Of a stretch of 64,000 bases of DNA, positions 8,973-19,045 are shown piece after piece. The notes beneath the pieces are model-generated. The model did no database searches. It was given only the letters and a program-made list of their open reading frames with translations, and was not told the DNA's origin. This DNA comes from Deltaproteobacteria bacterium CG11_big_fil_rev_8_21_14_0_20_47_16 (GTDB taxonomy: Bacteria > UBA10199 > GCA-002796325 > 1-14-0-20-47-16), in assembly GCA_002796325.1 (NCBI GenBank), contig PCXA01000007.1:145780-209779 (forward strand). Direction: 5' to 3'. How positions within the stretch are numbered: position 1 is the stretch's first letter; every line of letters begins with the position of its first letter. Made by a program: the position numbers and the translations under genes.

Positions 8973-11607
8973 AGCTGAAATTCCAAAAGCCTATGCACCA
9001 CAAGATGTGGAGCCTCGTTGGTACGCCAGTTGGGAAAAAGCTGGGTATTTTACAGCGCCCCAAACAGGCGCCAATCCGTTTTGTATTGTGATTCCGCCGC
9101 CAAACGTGACCGGATCGCTTCACATGGGCCACGCCCTTAATAATACCTTACAAGATACGCTGACCCGCTGGCACCGCATGAAGGGGGACGCCACACTTTG
9201 GATGCCGGGAACTGACCACGCCGGGATTGCCACGCAAAATGTGGTGGAACGTGAATTGCTTAAAAAAGAGAAGATACGTCGCCATCAAATTGGGCGTGAG
9301 GCCTTGATCGATCGCATTTGGAAGTGGAAGGACCAATACGGCGATCGGATCATCTCACAGCTCAAGGCGATTGGGTCATCATGTGATTGGACACGGACGC
9401 GATTTACGATGGATGAGGGTTTGTCCAAGGCGGTGCGTGAAAACTTTGTGCGTCTGTATGATGATGGGTTGATTTACCGTGGCAAATACATCGTGAACTG
9501 GTGTCCGCGGTGTCAGACTGCGCTCGCCGATGACGAAGTGGAACACGAAGAAAAGAAAAGTCACCTCTGGCACATTCGCTATCCCTATGTGGATAATCCC
9601 AAAGATGGTATTACGGTTGCCACCACGCGTCCCGAGACACTTTTGGGAGATACGGCGGTGGCCGTCAATCCCAAGGACGATCGTTATCAAAATTTAATCG
9701 GTAAACAGGTCACGTTGCCTGAAACGGGTCGCAGCATTCCGATTGTGGGCGATGACTTTGTAGATGCATCGTTTGGAAGCGGTGCTGTTAAAGTCACACC
9801 AGCTCATGACCCCAACGATTTTCAAATTGGCCAACGTCACAATTTGCCGCAACTCAATATTATGAATGCGGATGCAACCATTGCAGATACCGCACCCGAG
9901 AAATATCGGGGACTCAAGCGAGAAGACTGTCGTAACCAGCTTCTGCAGGATTTAACGGATCATGGTTATTTGGTGAAGACGGAAGACCACACCCATTCGG
10001 TGGGGCATTGCTATCGGTGCCATACAGTTGTTGAACCATGGTTGTCCGATCAGTGGTTTGTGAAGATGCAGCCACTTGCAAAGATGGCGATTGCAGCAAC
10101 CAAGAATGGCAAAGTTAATTTTCATCCCAAGCGATGGACTGATTTTTATCTCTCATGGCTCGAAAATGTGCGCGATTGGTGCATTTCCCGTCAGATCTGG
10201 TGGGGGCATCGCATTCCCGTGTGGTATTGTCAGGCGGGTAAAAATTGTAAACCCATTGTTGCGACAATGGATCCTGAGAAATGCCCTCATTGCGGCAGCA
10301 CCGCTTTGGAGCAAGATTCAGATGTTTTGGACACCTGGTTTTCATCGGCCCTCTGGCCATTTTCGACATTGGGATGGCCTGATAAAACACCCGAGTTGGA
10401 GACGTATTATCCTACCAGTGTATTGATCACGGATCGTGGCATTATTTTCTTCTGGGTGGCGCGCATGGTGATGATGGGAATGTACCACATGAAGAAAGAG
10501 CCGTTTAAAGATGTGTACATCAATGGCACTGTTCTGGATAAATTTGGTCGTAAGATGAGTAAGTCTCACCCCGAGACGTGTATTGATCCATTGGACATTG
10601 TGGCGCGCTACGGTGCAGATGCCATGCGTTATGCGCTGGTGCAGTTGACAACCGAAGGGCAAGATATTGCACTAGATGAACAGAAGTTTGAAGTGGGGCG
10701 TAATTTTTGTAATAAGATTTGGAATGCAGCACGGTTCATTCAAATGCAGGAAGCAAGCGCTATTGCGGGTGATGCGATTGAGTTGTCGTTTGCAGATAAA
10801 TGGATTTTGAATCGTCTGCATCACGCCATACATCGCATTACAACTGCACTTGAAAATTATACATTCGATGATGTGGCTAAGACACTTTATGATTTTGTCT
10901 GGCGTGACTATTGCGATTGGTATGTGGAATCGATCAAGCCTATCTTACAAGGGCCGGATAGTATTGCCAAGAAGTCGACGATGGCCACAATGCGTCAGGT
11001 ATTTTTGACGGCACTACAGCTGATGCATCCCGTGATGCCATTTATTAGTGAAGAGCTTTGGCAATCCTTGGGAGGCGAAGGTTCGGTGATGGTCAGTGCA
11101 TTTCCAATGCTGAATGCGCCAGCGCCTTACGCACCCGAAGCGCAGGATTTTGAATTGATGAAGAGTGTGGTGTCGGTAATGCGGAATGTACGTGGAGAAT
11201 ATCAAGTGCCACCATCGCAAAAAGTAGATGCTGTTTTTAAATCCACCCCTAGTGAACAAAAAATACTACTGGCGCAACTTGACTACATTCAGCGCCTAGG
11301 CGGCATTGATAACTGGTCTGCCGTGGGTGCAGATGCTGTGTTTGACAATACAACAGCCGTGGCCGTAGTGAGTCAGGGAATTGAGCTTGGCTTCCCGGGA
11401 TTAGTCGATATTGAAAAGGAAAAGGTACGTCTGAACAAGGCGATTGATAATCTCAAAAAGATGGTAAAGTCTGTTGAAGGAAAGTTGGCTAACAAAGGAT
11501 TTGTGGATCGCGCACCCGCAGACGTGGTGGCCAAAGAACGTGAACGCTTGGCGCAAAATTGTGCGGAGTTATCCAAACTAGAAGACGCATATAAGCGACT
11601 CTTATGA
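8965..11607 (+). CDS. valS: Valine--tRNA ligase
   Basis: PPPNVTGSLHMGH and KMSKS motifs; C-terminal coiled coil; start overlaps rlpA stop. Confidence 0.95.
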   Translation: MAEAEIPKAYAPQDVEPRWYASWEKAGYFTAPQTGANPFCIVIPPPNVTGSLHMGHALNNTLQDTLTRWHRMKGDATLWMPGTDHAGIATQNVVERELLKKEKIRRHQIGREALIDRIWKWKDQYGDRIISQLKAIGSSCDWTRTRFTMDEGLSKAVRENFVRLYDDGLIYRGKYIVNWCPRCQTALADDEVEHEEKKSHLWHIRYPYVDNPKDGITVATTRPETLLGDTAVAVNPKDDRYQNLIGKQVTLPETGRSIPIVGDDFVDASFGSGAVKVTPAHDPNDFQIGQRHNLPQLNIMNADATIADTAPEKYRGLKREDCRNQLLQDLTDHGYLVKTEDHTHSVGHCYRCHTVVEPWLSDQWFVKMQPLAKMAIAATKNGKVNFHPKRWTDFYLSWLENVRDWCISRQIWWGHRIPVWYCQAGKNCKPIVATMDPEKCPHCGSTALEQDSDVLDTWFSSALWPFSTLGWPDKTPELETYYPTSVLITDRGIIFFWVARMVMMGMYHMKKEPFKDVYINGTVLDKFGRKMSKSHPETCIDPLDIVARYGADAMRYALVQLTTEGQDIALDEQKFEVGRNFCNKIWNAARFIQMQEASAIAGDAIELSFADKWILNRLHHAIHRITTALENYTFDDVAKTLYDFVWRDYCDWYVESIKPILQGPDSIAKKSTMATMRQVFLTALQLMHPVMPFISEELWQSLGGEGSVMVSAFPMLNAPAPYAPEAQDFELMKSVVSVMRNVRGEYQVPPSQKVDAVFKSTPSEQKILLAQLDYIQRLGGIDNWSAVGADAVFDNTTAVAVVSQGIELGFPGLVDIEKEKVRLNKAIDNLKKMVKSVEGKLANKGFVDRAPADVVAKERERLAQNCAELSKLEDAYKRLL

Positions 11608-12509
11608 GCAACGACCGCGATATTACAGTAAAAATGCAAGCCAAACGGCATGTGACAGCTAGTCGTACAGCAATAAAATCTCCACTTGCAACTCTGATTC
11701 AAATGGCGCTTGCTGAAGACATCGGCAGTGGTGATGTTACGACCAAAGCTATTGTGGATCCCAAGCTTCAAGCACGTGCGATTATTGAATCTCAGTCTCC
11801 ATTAGTCTTGTGTGGAATGGATGTTGCCCGAAAAGTGGCGCATACAGTGGATGCGCGTCTTACATGGAAAGCTTTTAAAAAGGATGGCGATTTTTGTGAA
11901 GCAGAGGAACCCTTAGCAGAACTTTCTGGAAATGCATCGAGTCTTTTGGTGGCAGAGCGAACAATGCTCAATTTTTTGCAGCATCTATCGGGAATTGCAA
12001 CTCAAACGCACAAGTATGCAGATGCCATCAAACATACCAAAGCCAAAGTGACTGATACACGTAAAACAATTCCGGGTTATCGTGAATTAGCCAAGGCAGC
12101 AGTGTTAGCCGGTGGCGGTGTGAATCATCGCATGGGATTATATGATCGATACCTCGTCAAAAATAATCACATCGACATGGCTGAATCTGTTCCCGATGCA
12201 TTGGAATCCATTCGTATGCACGGTAAGCCAGGGATAATGCTTGAGGTAGAGTGTCGTGATTTCGATGAGCTGGAAGAGGCGATTGAGTTTGGTGCGAAAA
12301 TGGTTTTATTGGATAACTTTCCAATTGATGACGTACGTAAGGCAATCCGCTTGGTAGCGGGGCGTGTTCTGGTGGAAGTCTCTGGCGGTATTACACTTGA
12401 TAATATTGTGTCATACGCTGAATCTGGCCCCAATTTTATTGCTGTCGGTGCACTCACTCATTCGGCGCCCGCAGTGCCCATTCATATGTTGATTGAACCC
12501 ATATCGTAG
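11604..12509 (+). CDS. nadC: Nicotinate-nucleotide pyrophosphorylase (quinolinate phosphoribosyltransferase)
   Basis: TRKTIPGYRELAKAAVLAGGGVNHRMGLYD motif; ATGA overlap with valS. Confidence 0.9.
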   Translation: MSNDRDITVKMQAKRHVTASRTAIKSPLATLIQMALAEDIGSGDVTTKAIVDPKLQARAIIESQSPLVLCGMDVARKVAHTVDARLTWKAFKKDGDFCEAEEPLAELSGNASSLLVAERTMLNFLQHLSGIATQTHKYADAIKHTKAKVTDTRKTIPGYRELAKAAVLAGGGVNHRMGLYDRYLVKNNHIDMAESVPDALESIRMHGKPGIMLEVECRDFDELEEAIEFGAKMVLLDNFPIDDVRKAIRLVAGRVLVEVSGGITLDNIVSYAESGPNFIAVGALTHSAPAVPIHMLIEPIS

Positions 12510-12520
12510 GTAATCTTGTT

Positions 12521-13627
12521 GTGAGTACATCTCTCTACATTCATATCCCTTGGTGTCTGCACAAATGTAGCTACTGCGACTTTTATTCGCTGCCCTCAGC
12601 ATCAGATGCGGTGCCTGGCTCAGGTTATGTGGATCGCTTGATTGAGGAAATAAATGTATCTGCGATCAACGGAACACTCCACTCCATCTTTCTTGGTGGT
12701 GGTACACCGTCTATGATTGCGCCAAGTGACTTGGGGCGATTGCTTAATAGTATTTCAAAAAAATATGATATGCCTTCTGAGATTACACTCGAAGCAAATC
12801 CTGAAACTTTGAATGAATCCGTTCTGCGTGAATTGCGTGCAGTGGGATTTACACGCCTGTCATGTGGAGTGCAGTCATTTGATGCAGGGCAGCTGCAATT
12901 TTTAGAGCGTGTGCACTCTGCAGACAAGGCGCGCGACGCATTGCGCGCCGCCAGTCGCGCTGGTTTTGAAAATCGCAATCTGGATTTGATTTACACGCTC
13001 CCCAGTCAAACGATGGCCGATCTTGAAAATGATTTGCATGACGCCATTGCTCTGGAGCCCACCCATATTTCGGCGTATCAACTGATTGTAGAGCCTGGAA
13101 CGCCATTAGAACGCAAAGTGGAGAGTGGTGATGTGACACTCCCTGATGAAGAAATTGCCATTGCCATGTGGCACCGCGTGCGTAAAATTTTGGGTGAGGC
13201 AGGGTATACAGCATATGAAGTTTCCAATTTTGCCCAGCCAGGTTTTGAATGTATACATAATGTTCATTATTGGGAATGTGGCGACTACTTGGGAATTGGA
13301 ACGGGTGCGGTCTCACGCATTGGTCAACATCGCTGGCGTCGTGCGCGCAATACCAAATCCTATATGATGGGTGAGTTGCATGTGGATCAGGAAGAATATC
13401 TCACCGATCAAGAAATGCGTACGGAGGTCTGTATGTTGGGGTTGCGTATGACGTGTGGACTTGATCTGGAAAGGTTTGAATCGCGTTTTGGAAAATCATT
13501 TGAATCATTTTACCCTGGTAGAATTGCTGCATGGAAAGAAAAGGGCCTAGCCACCGGCGATTCTCATCTTCAGCTAACACCTTCTGGAATGCTCTTGTTA
13601 GATAGTCTTGTGAGCGAATTAGTCTAG
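12521..13627 (+). CDS. hemW: Radical SAM heme chaperone HemW (HemN-like)
   Basis: LYIHIPWCLHKCSYCDF radical-SAM CxxxCxxC; GTG start. Confidence 0.85.
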   Translation: MSTSLYIHIPWCLHKCSYCDFYSLPSASDAVPGSGYVDRLIEEINVSAINGTLHSIFLGGGTPSMIAPSDLGRLLNSISKKYDMPSEITLEANPETLNESVLRELRAVGFTRLSCGVQSFDAGQLQFLERVHSADKARDALRAASRAGFENRNLDLIYTLPSQTMADLENDLHDAIALEPTHISAYQLIVEPGTPLERKVESGDVTLPDEEIAIAMWHRVRKILGEAGYTAYEVSNFAQPGFECIHNVHYWECGDYLGIGTGAVSRIGQHRWRRARNTKSYMMGELHVDQEEYLTDQEMRTEVCMLGLRMTCGLDLERFESRFGKSFESFYPGRIAAWKEKGLATGDSHLQLTPSGMLLLDSLVSELV

Positions 13628-15519
13628 TCGAACCCCGTTTTAAGGTCAAAATTCATGGGAATTTCTGTGTTACCATCCAAAGTGACATTGGCCAGTATGA
13701 CATCGGTAGAACAGCGATCGGAAAACCACAATGCAGACCCGTTTGTTGTATAGAAAGCAAATGTACCATTCCCCAAATCTATGGAAGGAATGGTATTATC
13801 AAATGGGTCTTGTGAATCCACCACAATCAATACAAGGTTGTCGTTGGTATCAGATGTAATCTGCGCCATGTTGACTTGGCAGTCATGTGATGCTGGGTCG
13901 GCATTAAAAGGTGCCCTGTATAAGATGTGAAGTGCGGCAAGTGGTTTTACACCAAGGTTAACTGAATCCCAATTGCCATTAGAGACAGCCAAGTCATAGT
14001 TAGGTTGGTTAATTGAATGATAGTTACGCAATGCAACAGCCTTAATCATTGCCTCTTTGAAAGTCAGATGCGTACCAGCCAGAGTGGCAGCATCGAGTCG
14101 ATGGCCAAAACTTTGGCCATTGGCGCCTTCAAATGCGCGGAACATGGCAGGCAGTGTTGAAATATGTCCATCAGATATCAATGCATAGAATTCAAATGTT
14201 CTATATGGCTCAATGTCGTTTGATGTTGTGTTTAATGGCACTGTCCATTTACGTGGTTGATTTTCAATGGTCCGACTTTGAACGCGACGCGCATCTTCAC
14301 CCACAAAGAAGTAGTTACCTACAAAATCAGCAGTACCTTCTATGAATGCTTTGTTTGTAGTAACTCTTGCGCCACCAGCGCCAGAGCAGCTCGGACACAT
14401 TGCGGCTTGAATGGCGTGTGTCAGTTCATGTGCAACAACATCGCCCGCAACTTCGAGGACTGGTGGGTCATCATATTCTTCGCCAAAGACTAAAAGGCCA
14501 TTGCTGTGAAAGTAACAACCAATGACGCTAGCATGTTCGTCAGTATTCCTGCAGCGCTGGTTGGCATTGGTGAAATAAGCAATGTTATACGCTGCAGTCT
14601 TGTCAGGCATTGCCTGTAGCTGTTCCTTTGTTGGTGTACCGTCATTGCGACTATCGATGAGGTCTTGCACCGTCATTTGTGCCACAATGACATTTGTAAA
14701 TCCTTTCGCAGACATTTTTGTGGAGAGATCGTTCAGTTGATCGCGTAGAGTAAGAACAGGTGAACGTCCTAATCCCAATGCAGGGTCAAATTCTGTGGTG
14801 TTGCAACTCCCTGCGCCATCGTCAGACAATCGATCATTTTCACAAATAACTGCCCATGATTGTTGTCCCAGTGGTGTAAGTACGTTCCGGGAAGTTTTTG
14901 TATGAGTGACACGCTTGCTGGCGTTAGCAGATGGTGCTGCTGATGATGATGATGATGCAACGACTTTGAGTTCTTTTCCAACAACGACAATGGCATGAAT
15001 GGTACTAGCGCTTGCCATTAAGCGAATGGTCATTATTCCTGCATCCATATTTAGACTGCCAATGATGGGTATCCATGTCGGATCGCCTGTACCCACATCA
15101 TCGGCCATTTCATCTCCTTCAATTTTGACTTTGACATAAACAGCTTTGCCGCTCGAAAACGCCTTTTCGAGTAATTGTTTATCGAATGGAATGGAAAGTG
15201 TCATTGGAGCGTCTGCTTTGACACTTTGGATGTTTGAAAATGTGATACTGACCGGAGATGAAATCGCCTCTGCATTGCCAATATCTGAAATATCAACAGA
15301 ACTATTACCATCCAATGTAATATCTAGTGATTTATCGAAACTACCTTCTGAAATTGAAATACCTGCACCGCTGTCACTGAGTGTGGAGTTGCCGCCAGAA
15401 GTTTGGTTGGATGCTGGGATTGATGTGGCTGTTCCACCACCACTGCATGATTGCATCATCAATAATGGCCCCACTACTAAGAGCAGGTGACAAATTATGT
15501 TCTTCAGGGATGATTTCAT
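13624..15519 (-). CDS. Secreted gluzincin-type zinc metalloprotease lipoprotein
   Basis: Lipobox signal MKSSLKNIICHLLLVVGPLLMMQSC; HELTH zinc motif followed about 26 residues later by a glutamate (AFIEGTADF), as in thermolysin-like NExxSD; poly-Ser linker. Confidence 0.6.
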   Translation of the reverse strand: MKSSLKNIICHLLLVVGPLLMMQSCSGGGTATSIPASNQTSGGNSTLSDSGAGISISEGSFDKSLDITLDGNSSVDISDIGNAEAISSPVSITFSNIQSVKADAPMTLSIPFDKQLLEKAFSSGKAVYVKVKIEGDEMADDVGTGDPTWIPIIGSLNMDAGIMTIRLMASASTIHAIVVVGKELKVVASSSSSAAPSANASKRVTHTKTSRNVLTPLGQQSWAVICENDRLSDDGAGSCNTTEFDPALGLGRSPVLTLRDQLNDLSTKMSAKGFTNVIVAQMTVQDLIDSRNDGTPTKEQLQAMPDKTAAYNIAYFTNANQRCRNTDEHASVIGCYFHSNGLLVFGEEYDDPPVLEVAGDVVAHELTHAIQAAMCPSCSGAGGARVTTNKAFIEGTADFVGNYFFVGEDARRVQSRTIENQPRKWTVPLNTTSNDIEPYRTFEFYALISDGHISTLPAMFRAFEGANGQSFGHRLDAATLAGTHLTFKEAMIKAVALRNYHSINQPNYDLAVSNGNWDSVNLGVKPLAALHILYRAPFNADPASHDCQVNMAQITSDTNDNLVLIVVDSQDPFDNTIPSIDLGNGTFAFYTTNGSALWFSDRCSTDVILANVTLDGNTEIPMNFDLKTGFD

Positions 15520-15545
15520 AGTGTTTGTAATTGTACGGGGTAGGT

Positions 15546-15553
15546 GGGGGGGG
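15546..15553. repeat. Homopolymeric G8 tract (C8 on coding strand) in the 5' region of the metalloprotease gene
   Basis: Read directly: ggtggggggggtggg, about 27 nt upstream of start codon 15519. Confidence 0.9.
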
Positions 15554-15582
15554 TGGGCTAGCCAATCGTTTGGCATAAAAAA

Positions 15583-15609
15583 AGGCCCCCAAAAATGGGG
15601 GCCTTTTTT
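15583..15609. terminator. Bidirectional intrinsic terminator
   Basis: AGGCCCCC-aaaaat-GGGGGCCT stem-loop flanked by an A-run and a T-run. Confidence 0.7.
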
Positions 15610-15631
15610 ATAACAAAATCAGTGTGTTAGA

Positions 15632-15976
15632 CTATTTCTTTGCTAAAAATTCACAACCAGTTGGTGGATTTGGGCTGGTCTGCATTTGATCGCAGGTCCA
15701 TTTGCCCAAGCCTGCCACACAAGCATCCAGTTCTGACTTGGTTACTGTGGGGAAAGGCTGACCATTTTTTCCTTCAATGACCTGAGTTGAAAGGGCCTTT
15801 TCACAGTCATCCATGGTAGGTCCACCCTGGGGTAGACATTCAATCATCTTGGCGCACATGGCCTTTGGTAAGACTTTGGCGACTTCTTCCTTGGGAAGCG
15901 AGCCACCCTTACTACAAGCCACGGTGGCAAGCCCAACTGCTGCCAATGCGGCCATAACGAAATATGCTTTTTTCAT
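15632..15976 (-). CDS. Small Cys-rich lipoprotein, hypothetical
   Basis: MKKAYFVMAALAAVGLATVAC lipobox; six further Cys in about 90 mature residues. Confidence 0.6.
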   Translation of the reverse strand: MKKAYFVMAALAAVGLATVACSKGGSLPKEEVAKVLPKAMCAKMIECLPQGGPTMDDCEKALSTQVIEGKNGQPFPTVTKSELDACVAGLGKWTCDQMQTSPNPPTGCEFLAKK

Positions 15977-16085
15977 AATTCCTCCTTGGGAATAGGGGCG
16001 GCATTAGCATGGCCTTGTGCAGAGACCAAGAAAAAACTGAAGCCAAATGGGCAGGTCCTATCCTTGACACGTCCGAGATGGGTTG

Positions 16086-16103
16086 TTAGACCCCCAAGTC
16101 TAA
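16086..16103. promoter_or_regulatory. CIRCE-like inverted repeat (TTAGAC-N6-GTCTAA) upstream of hrcA
   Basis: Perfect 6-bp inverted repeat just before the hrcA start; shorter than canonical CIRCE (TTAGCACTC-N9-GAGTGCTAA). Confidence 0.35.
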
Positions 16104-16109
16104 AACTAT

Positions 16110-17162
16110 ATGCATCTCATGAACTTACAATTAACGGAACGAGAAGCGCTGGTGTTGCGTATGTTGGTGGAGCGTTATTTACATCATGCAGAACCAGTTG
16201 GGTCGCAGGCGCTTGCCGAGGACTTATTAGCGCAGGGCATTACGTTGTCATCAGCGTCAGTGCGTAGCACACTGGGTACATTGTCTTCTGCAGGATTTTT
16301 GGAACAGCCCCATACTTCTGCGGGGCGAATTCCCACACGTGATGGGCTGACGGTTTATGTCCGCCATCTCATGCAGCCCAAAACTTTAAGTAACGGTGAA
16401 GTAATGGCCATTCAAAATCATTTATCATCTCAAACAGGGGACTTGGTGACTGTATTGCGTGAGACCTCGCGTCTGCTGAGTCAACTTTCTCAATATGCTG
16501 CTGTTGTGATGACGCCTCGTACCGAAGTTGTACGCATTAAACATATTGAATTTGTGCAATTAAGCGCACGTCGTGTTTTGGGAGTATTGGTAGCTCAAAA
16601 CGGTACTGTCTTTAATCGCCCTATGGACGCCGATTCTCAGATGACATTGAGTGATCTCGAAAGAATGACTAACTACTGCAATATGTTTTTCTTTGGACTT
16701 ACAATCGAAGAGGCTATTGAGAAAGCCCACACTGAAATGCGTGAGGCAAGCCGTGCCTATGATGAAATTTTAGGACGTGCATTGGCAATGTCTACACAAG
16801 TTTTAGAATGCAGCGCAGGTAATGAGGTTATTATTGATGCCCCTTGGGGTGTGTTAGATCAGCATGCATCAATGCCAATGCTACAAGTGCGTCGGCGCTT
16901 GGCGATTCTGCAGGAGAAAACGCGTCTGGTTCAGGTCATGCAGCAGTTCCAAGAGGCAGGGAAGGCACATGTTGCTGTGGGATGTGATGATCCTCAAGAT
17001 CCATTACATGAATGTGGCATGGTGACTGCACCATATTCCGAGGGGAAAACAGTGTTGGGGTGTATTGGTGTGTTGGGTCCGACTCGCATGGATTATTCTC
17101 GCGTGGTACCAATGGTTGAGTCTGCCGCGCAGTATATCGGTGAATGGTTAACAGGAAAATAA
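16110..17162 (+). CDS. hrcA: Heat-inducible transcription repressor HrcA
   Basis: N-terminal winged-helix region with PVGSQALAE; length and layout typical; start 16110 or 16119. Confidence 0.9.
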   Translation: MHLMNLQLTEREALVLRMLVERYLHHAEPVGSQALAEDLLAQGITLSSASVRSTLGTLSSAGFLEQPHTSAGRIPTRDGLTVYVRHLMQPKTLSNGEVMAIQNHLSSQTGDLVTVLRETSRLLSQLSQYAAVVMTPRTEVVRIKHIEFVQLSARRVLGVLVAQNGTVFNRPMDADSQMTLSDLERMTNYCNMFFFGLTIEEAIEKAHTEMREASRAYDEILGRALAMSTQVLECSAGNEVIIDAPWGVLDQHASMPMLQVRRRLAILQEKTRLVQVMQQFQEAGKAHVAVGCDDPQDPLHECGMVTAPYSEGKTVLGCIGVLGPTRMDYSRVVPMVESAAQYIGEWLTGK

Positions 17163-17165
17163 TTA

Positions 17166-17743
17166 TGACAGAAAAAGCCAAAACGAAAGTGGATGAATTG
17201 AGGGATGCCTTGAAAAAGCGTAAAGAAGTAGAAGAAGCGAATGTCGACTCAGAAGATGCTACAGTTGAGGAAAATAGCTTAGAGGGTGAATTGAATGCTG
17301 CTCGTGAAGAGGCGAAGGAACACTACGACAAGCTTCTGCGCGTTATGGCTGATTTTGATAATTTTCGTCGTCGCAATGAAAAGGAAAAGAAGGAAGCTAT
17401 CAAGTTTGCAAATGAAGAACTGATACAAGAACTTCTGACGGTAATGGACCATATGGACCAAGCACTTTCCCACATCAAGCAAAGCGACAGTGCCGAGGCA
17501 AAAAATTTGGCGCTGGGTGTGGAGCTGGTAGTTAAGCAGCTTGCAAGCACACTAGAGAAATACGGGCTCAAACCCGTGGATGCAGTGGGTCAGGTGTTTG
17601 ATGCCAAACTCCACGAGGCATTACAGATGGTGGATGCTGAAGATGTTGCCCCAGGTACGGTTGTTGCGCAACATAGGCGGGGTTATTTATTGGGGGACCG
17701 TTTGTTACGTCCGGCATTGGTTGATGTTGTTCGTGAAAAATAG
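17166..17743 (+). CDS. grpE: Nucleotide exchange factor GrpE
   Basis: MADFDNFRRRNEKEK motif. Confidence 0.9.
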
Positions 17744-17761
17744 ATTTTTACAGGGGGATAT

Positions 17762-19042
17762 ATGAAGCGGTTGTTATGTGTTGTAGCGGTTTCGGTATTG
17801 GCGCTCAGCCATTGTGCTACGAGTGGAAATAAGTCGAATGGTAGTGGACAGTCTGTTAAGCCAACCAAAGGGACTTTTAGAATCGGTGTTGTCTTGCCAC
17901 TATCTGGTAAGTATAAACTGTACGGCGAGTCTGCATTTCATGGCATTGAATGTGCTGCTGGCGTAGTTGACCCATGTACCAGTCCAATTCATGTTGAGTT
18001 GATTGTTAAAGATTCACGTGGTGATGCTGCGACCGCGGCAACAGCGGTTGAAGAATTGGTCGCTCAAGATCATGTTATGGCAATTATTGGTCCTCTGATG
18101 AGTCGTGAAGTGATTGCAGCCGCTCAGAAGGCGCAGCAACTGCAAGTTCCCCTTATTAGTCTCAGTCAAAAAGACGGTGTAACAGACATTGGTAATTTTA
18201 TTTTCCGGGTGGCATTAAATACATCATCACAAGTTGATACGTTAGTGGATTATGCTGTAAAGCAGAAGGGCTATAAAACGTTTGGCATTTTGTATCCTAC
18301 CAATGCTTATGGTTTAACATTTCGTGCTGCGTTCGCAGAAGCTGTGACCAAAGCGGGCGGCAGGGTTGTTGCAGAACGTGGTTATGGGGAAGAAATTGCA
18401 AATATAGTGGATGCATCGAGCCAGCAAGATGCACCACCTGTTGTTCGGTCTAGGAGTGGTGTTGGAACAGATGGTACTTGGCATGAAGCTGGGAAGAGTA
18501 CACGCAGCAGTGTGCCAATTGGTTCAGAGATACCGGTTGAAGGAATGAGTGTGCGGCCAAAAATCCCAACAATTAAAGGCGCTGAAGTTATTTTTATTCC
18601 CGATTCTTACCGTGCCGTAGTCAATATGGTTCAATATGGTGATGCGGACATGTTTAAGGGGGTACAGCTATTGGGTACCAACCGTTGGGATGAAAGTGGT
18701 TTGCTTGATGTGGCATCCAATGTTGATGGTGCTGTGTTTGTTGATGGTTTTTTTGCCAACAGTGACAACATTGGTGTTCAAAAGTTTGTAGAGACGTTCC
18801 GACAGGCATATCAAATCAAGCCAACAATTTTGGAAGCACAGGCATATGATGCAACCCTCATGGTTGAAAAGGCGATTGAACGTGGTGGACGCAAACCAGC
18901 CAGCATGCGCAATGCACTTGATAATTTGTCCAACGTCAAAGGTTTGATTGGACGTATTAGTTTTGGACCTGGTCGTGATGCAGAGAAGCAGCTGGTGCTA
19001 TTGACAGTTTCCAATGGTTCTATTGTCGAATTACGAAAGTAA
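17762..19042 (+). CDS. Periplasmic-binding-protein type 1 fold lipoprotein (LpoA-like or branched-chain amino-acid binding-like)
   Basis: Lipobox LALSHCAT; FRIGVVLPLSGKY motif; no ABC permease or ATPase nearby. Confidence 0.65.
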   Translation: MKRLLCVVAVSVLALSHCATSGNKSNGSGQSVKPTKGTFRIGVVLPLSGKYKLYGESAFHGIECAAGVVDPCTSPIHVELIVKDSRGDAATAATAVEELVAQDHVMAIIGPLMSREVIAAAQKAQQLQVPLISLSQKDGVTDIGNFIFRVALNTSSQVDTLVDYAVKQKGYKTFGILYPTNAYGLTFRAAFAEAVTKAGGRVVAERGYGEEIANIVDASSQQDAPPVVRSRSGVGTDGTWHEAGKSTRSSVPIGSEIPVEGMSVRPKIPTIKGAEVIFIPDSYRAVVNMVQYGDADMFKGVQLLGTNRWDESGLLDVASNVDGAVFVDGFFANSDNIGVQKFVETFRQAYQIKPTILEAQAYDATLMVEKAIERGGRKPASMRNALDNLSNVKGLIGRISFGPGRDAEKQLVLLTVSNGSIVELRK

Positions 19043-19045
19043 TCC

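Noticed and set aside
9148-11259. Multiple minus-strand ORFs inside valS
   Set aside because: Antisense shadow ORFs within a highly conserved aminoacyl-tRNA synthetase gene.
15146-15592. Plus-strand ORFs (114 aa and 72 aa) overlapping the metalloprotease gene; the 72-aa one encodes a poly-Pro run
   Set aside because: Antisense to the lipoprotein gene; the poly-Pro run is simply the reverse reading of the G/C homopolymer tract.
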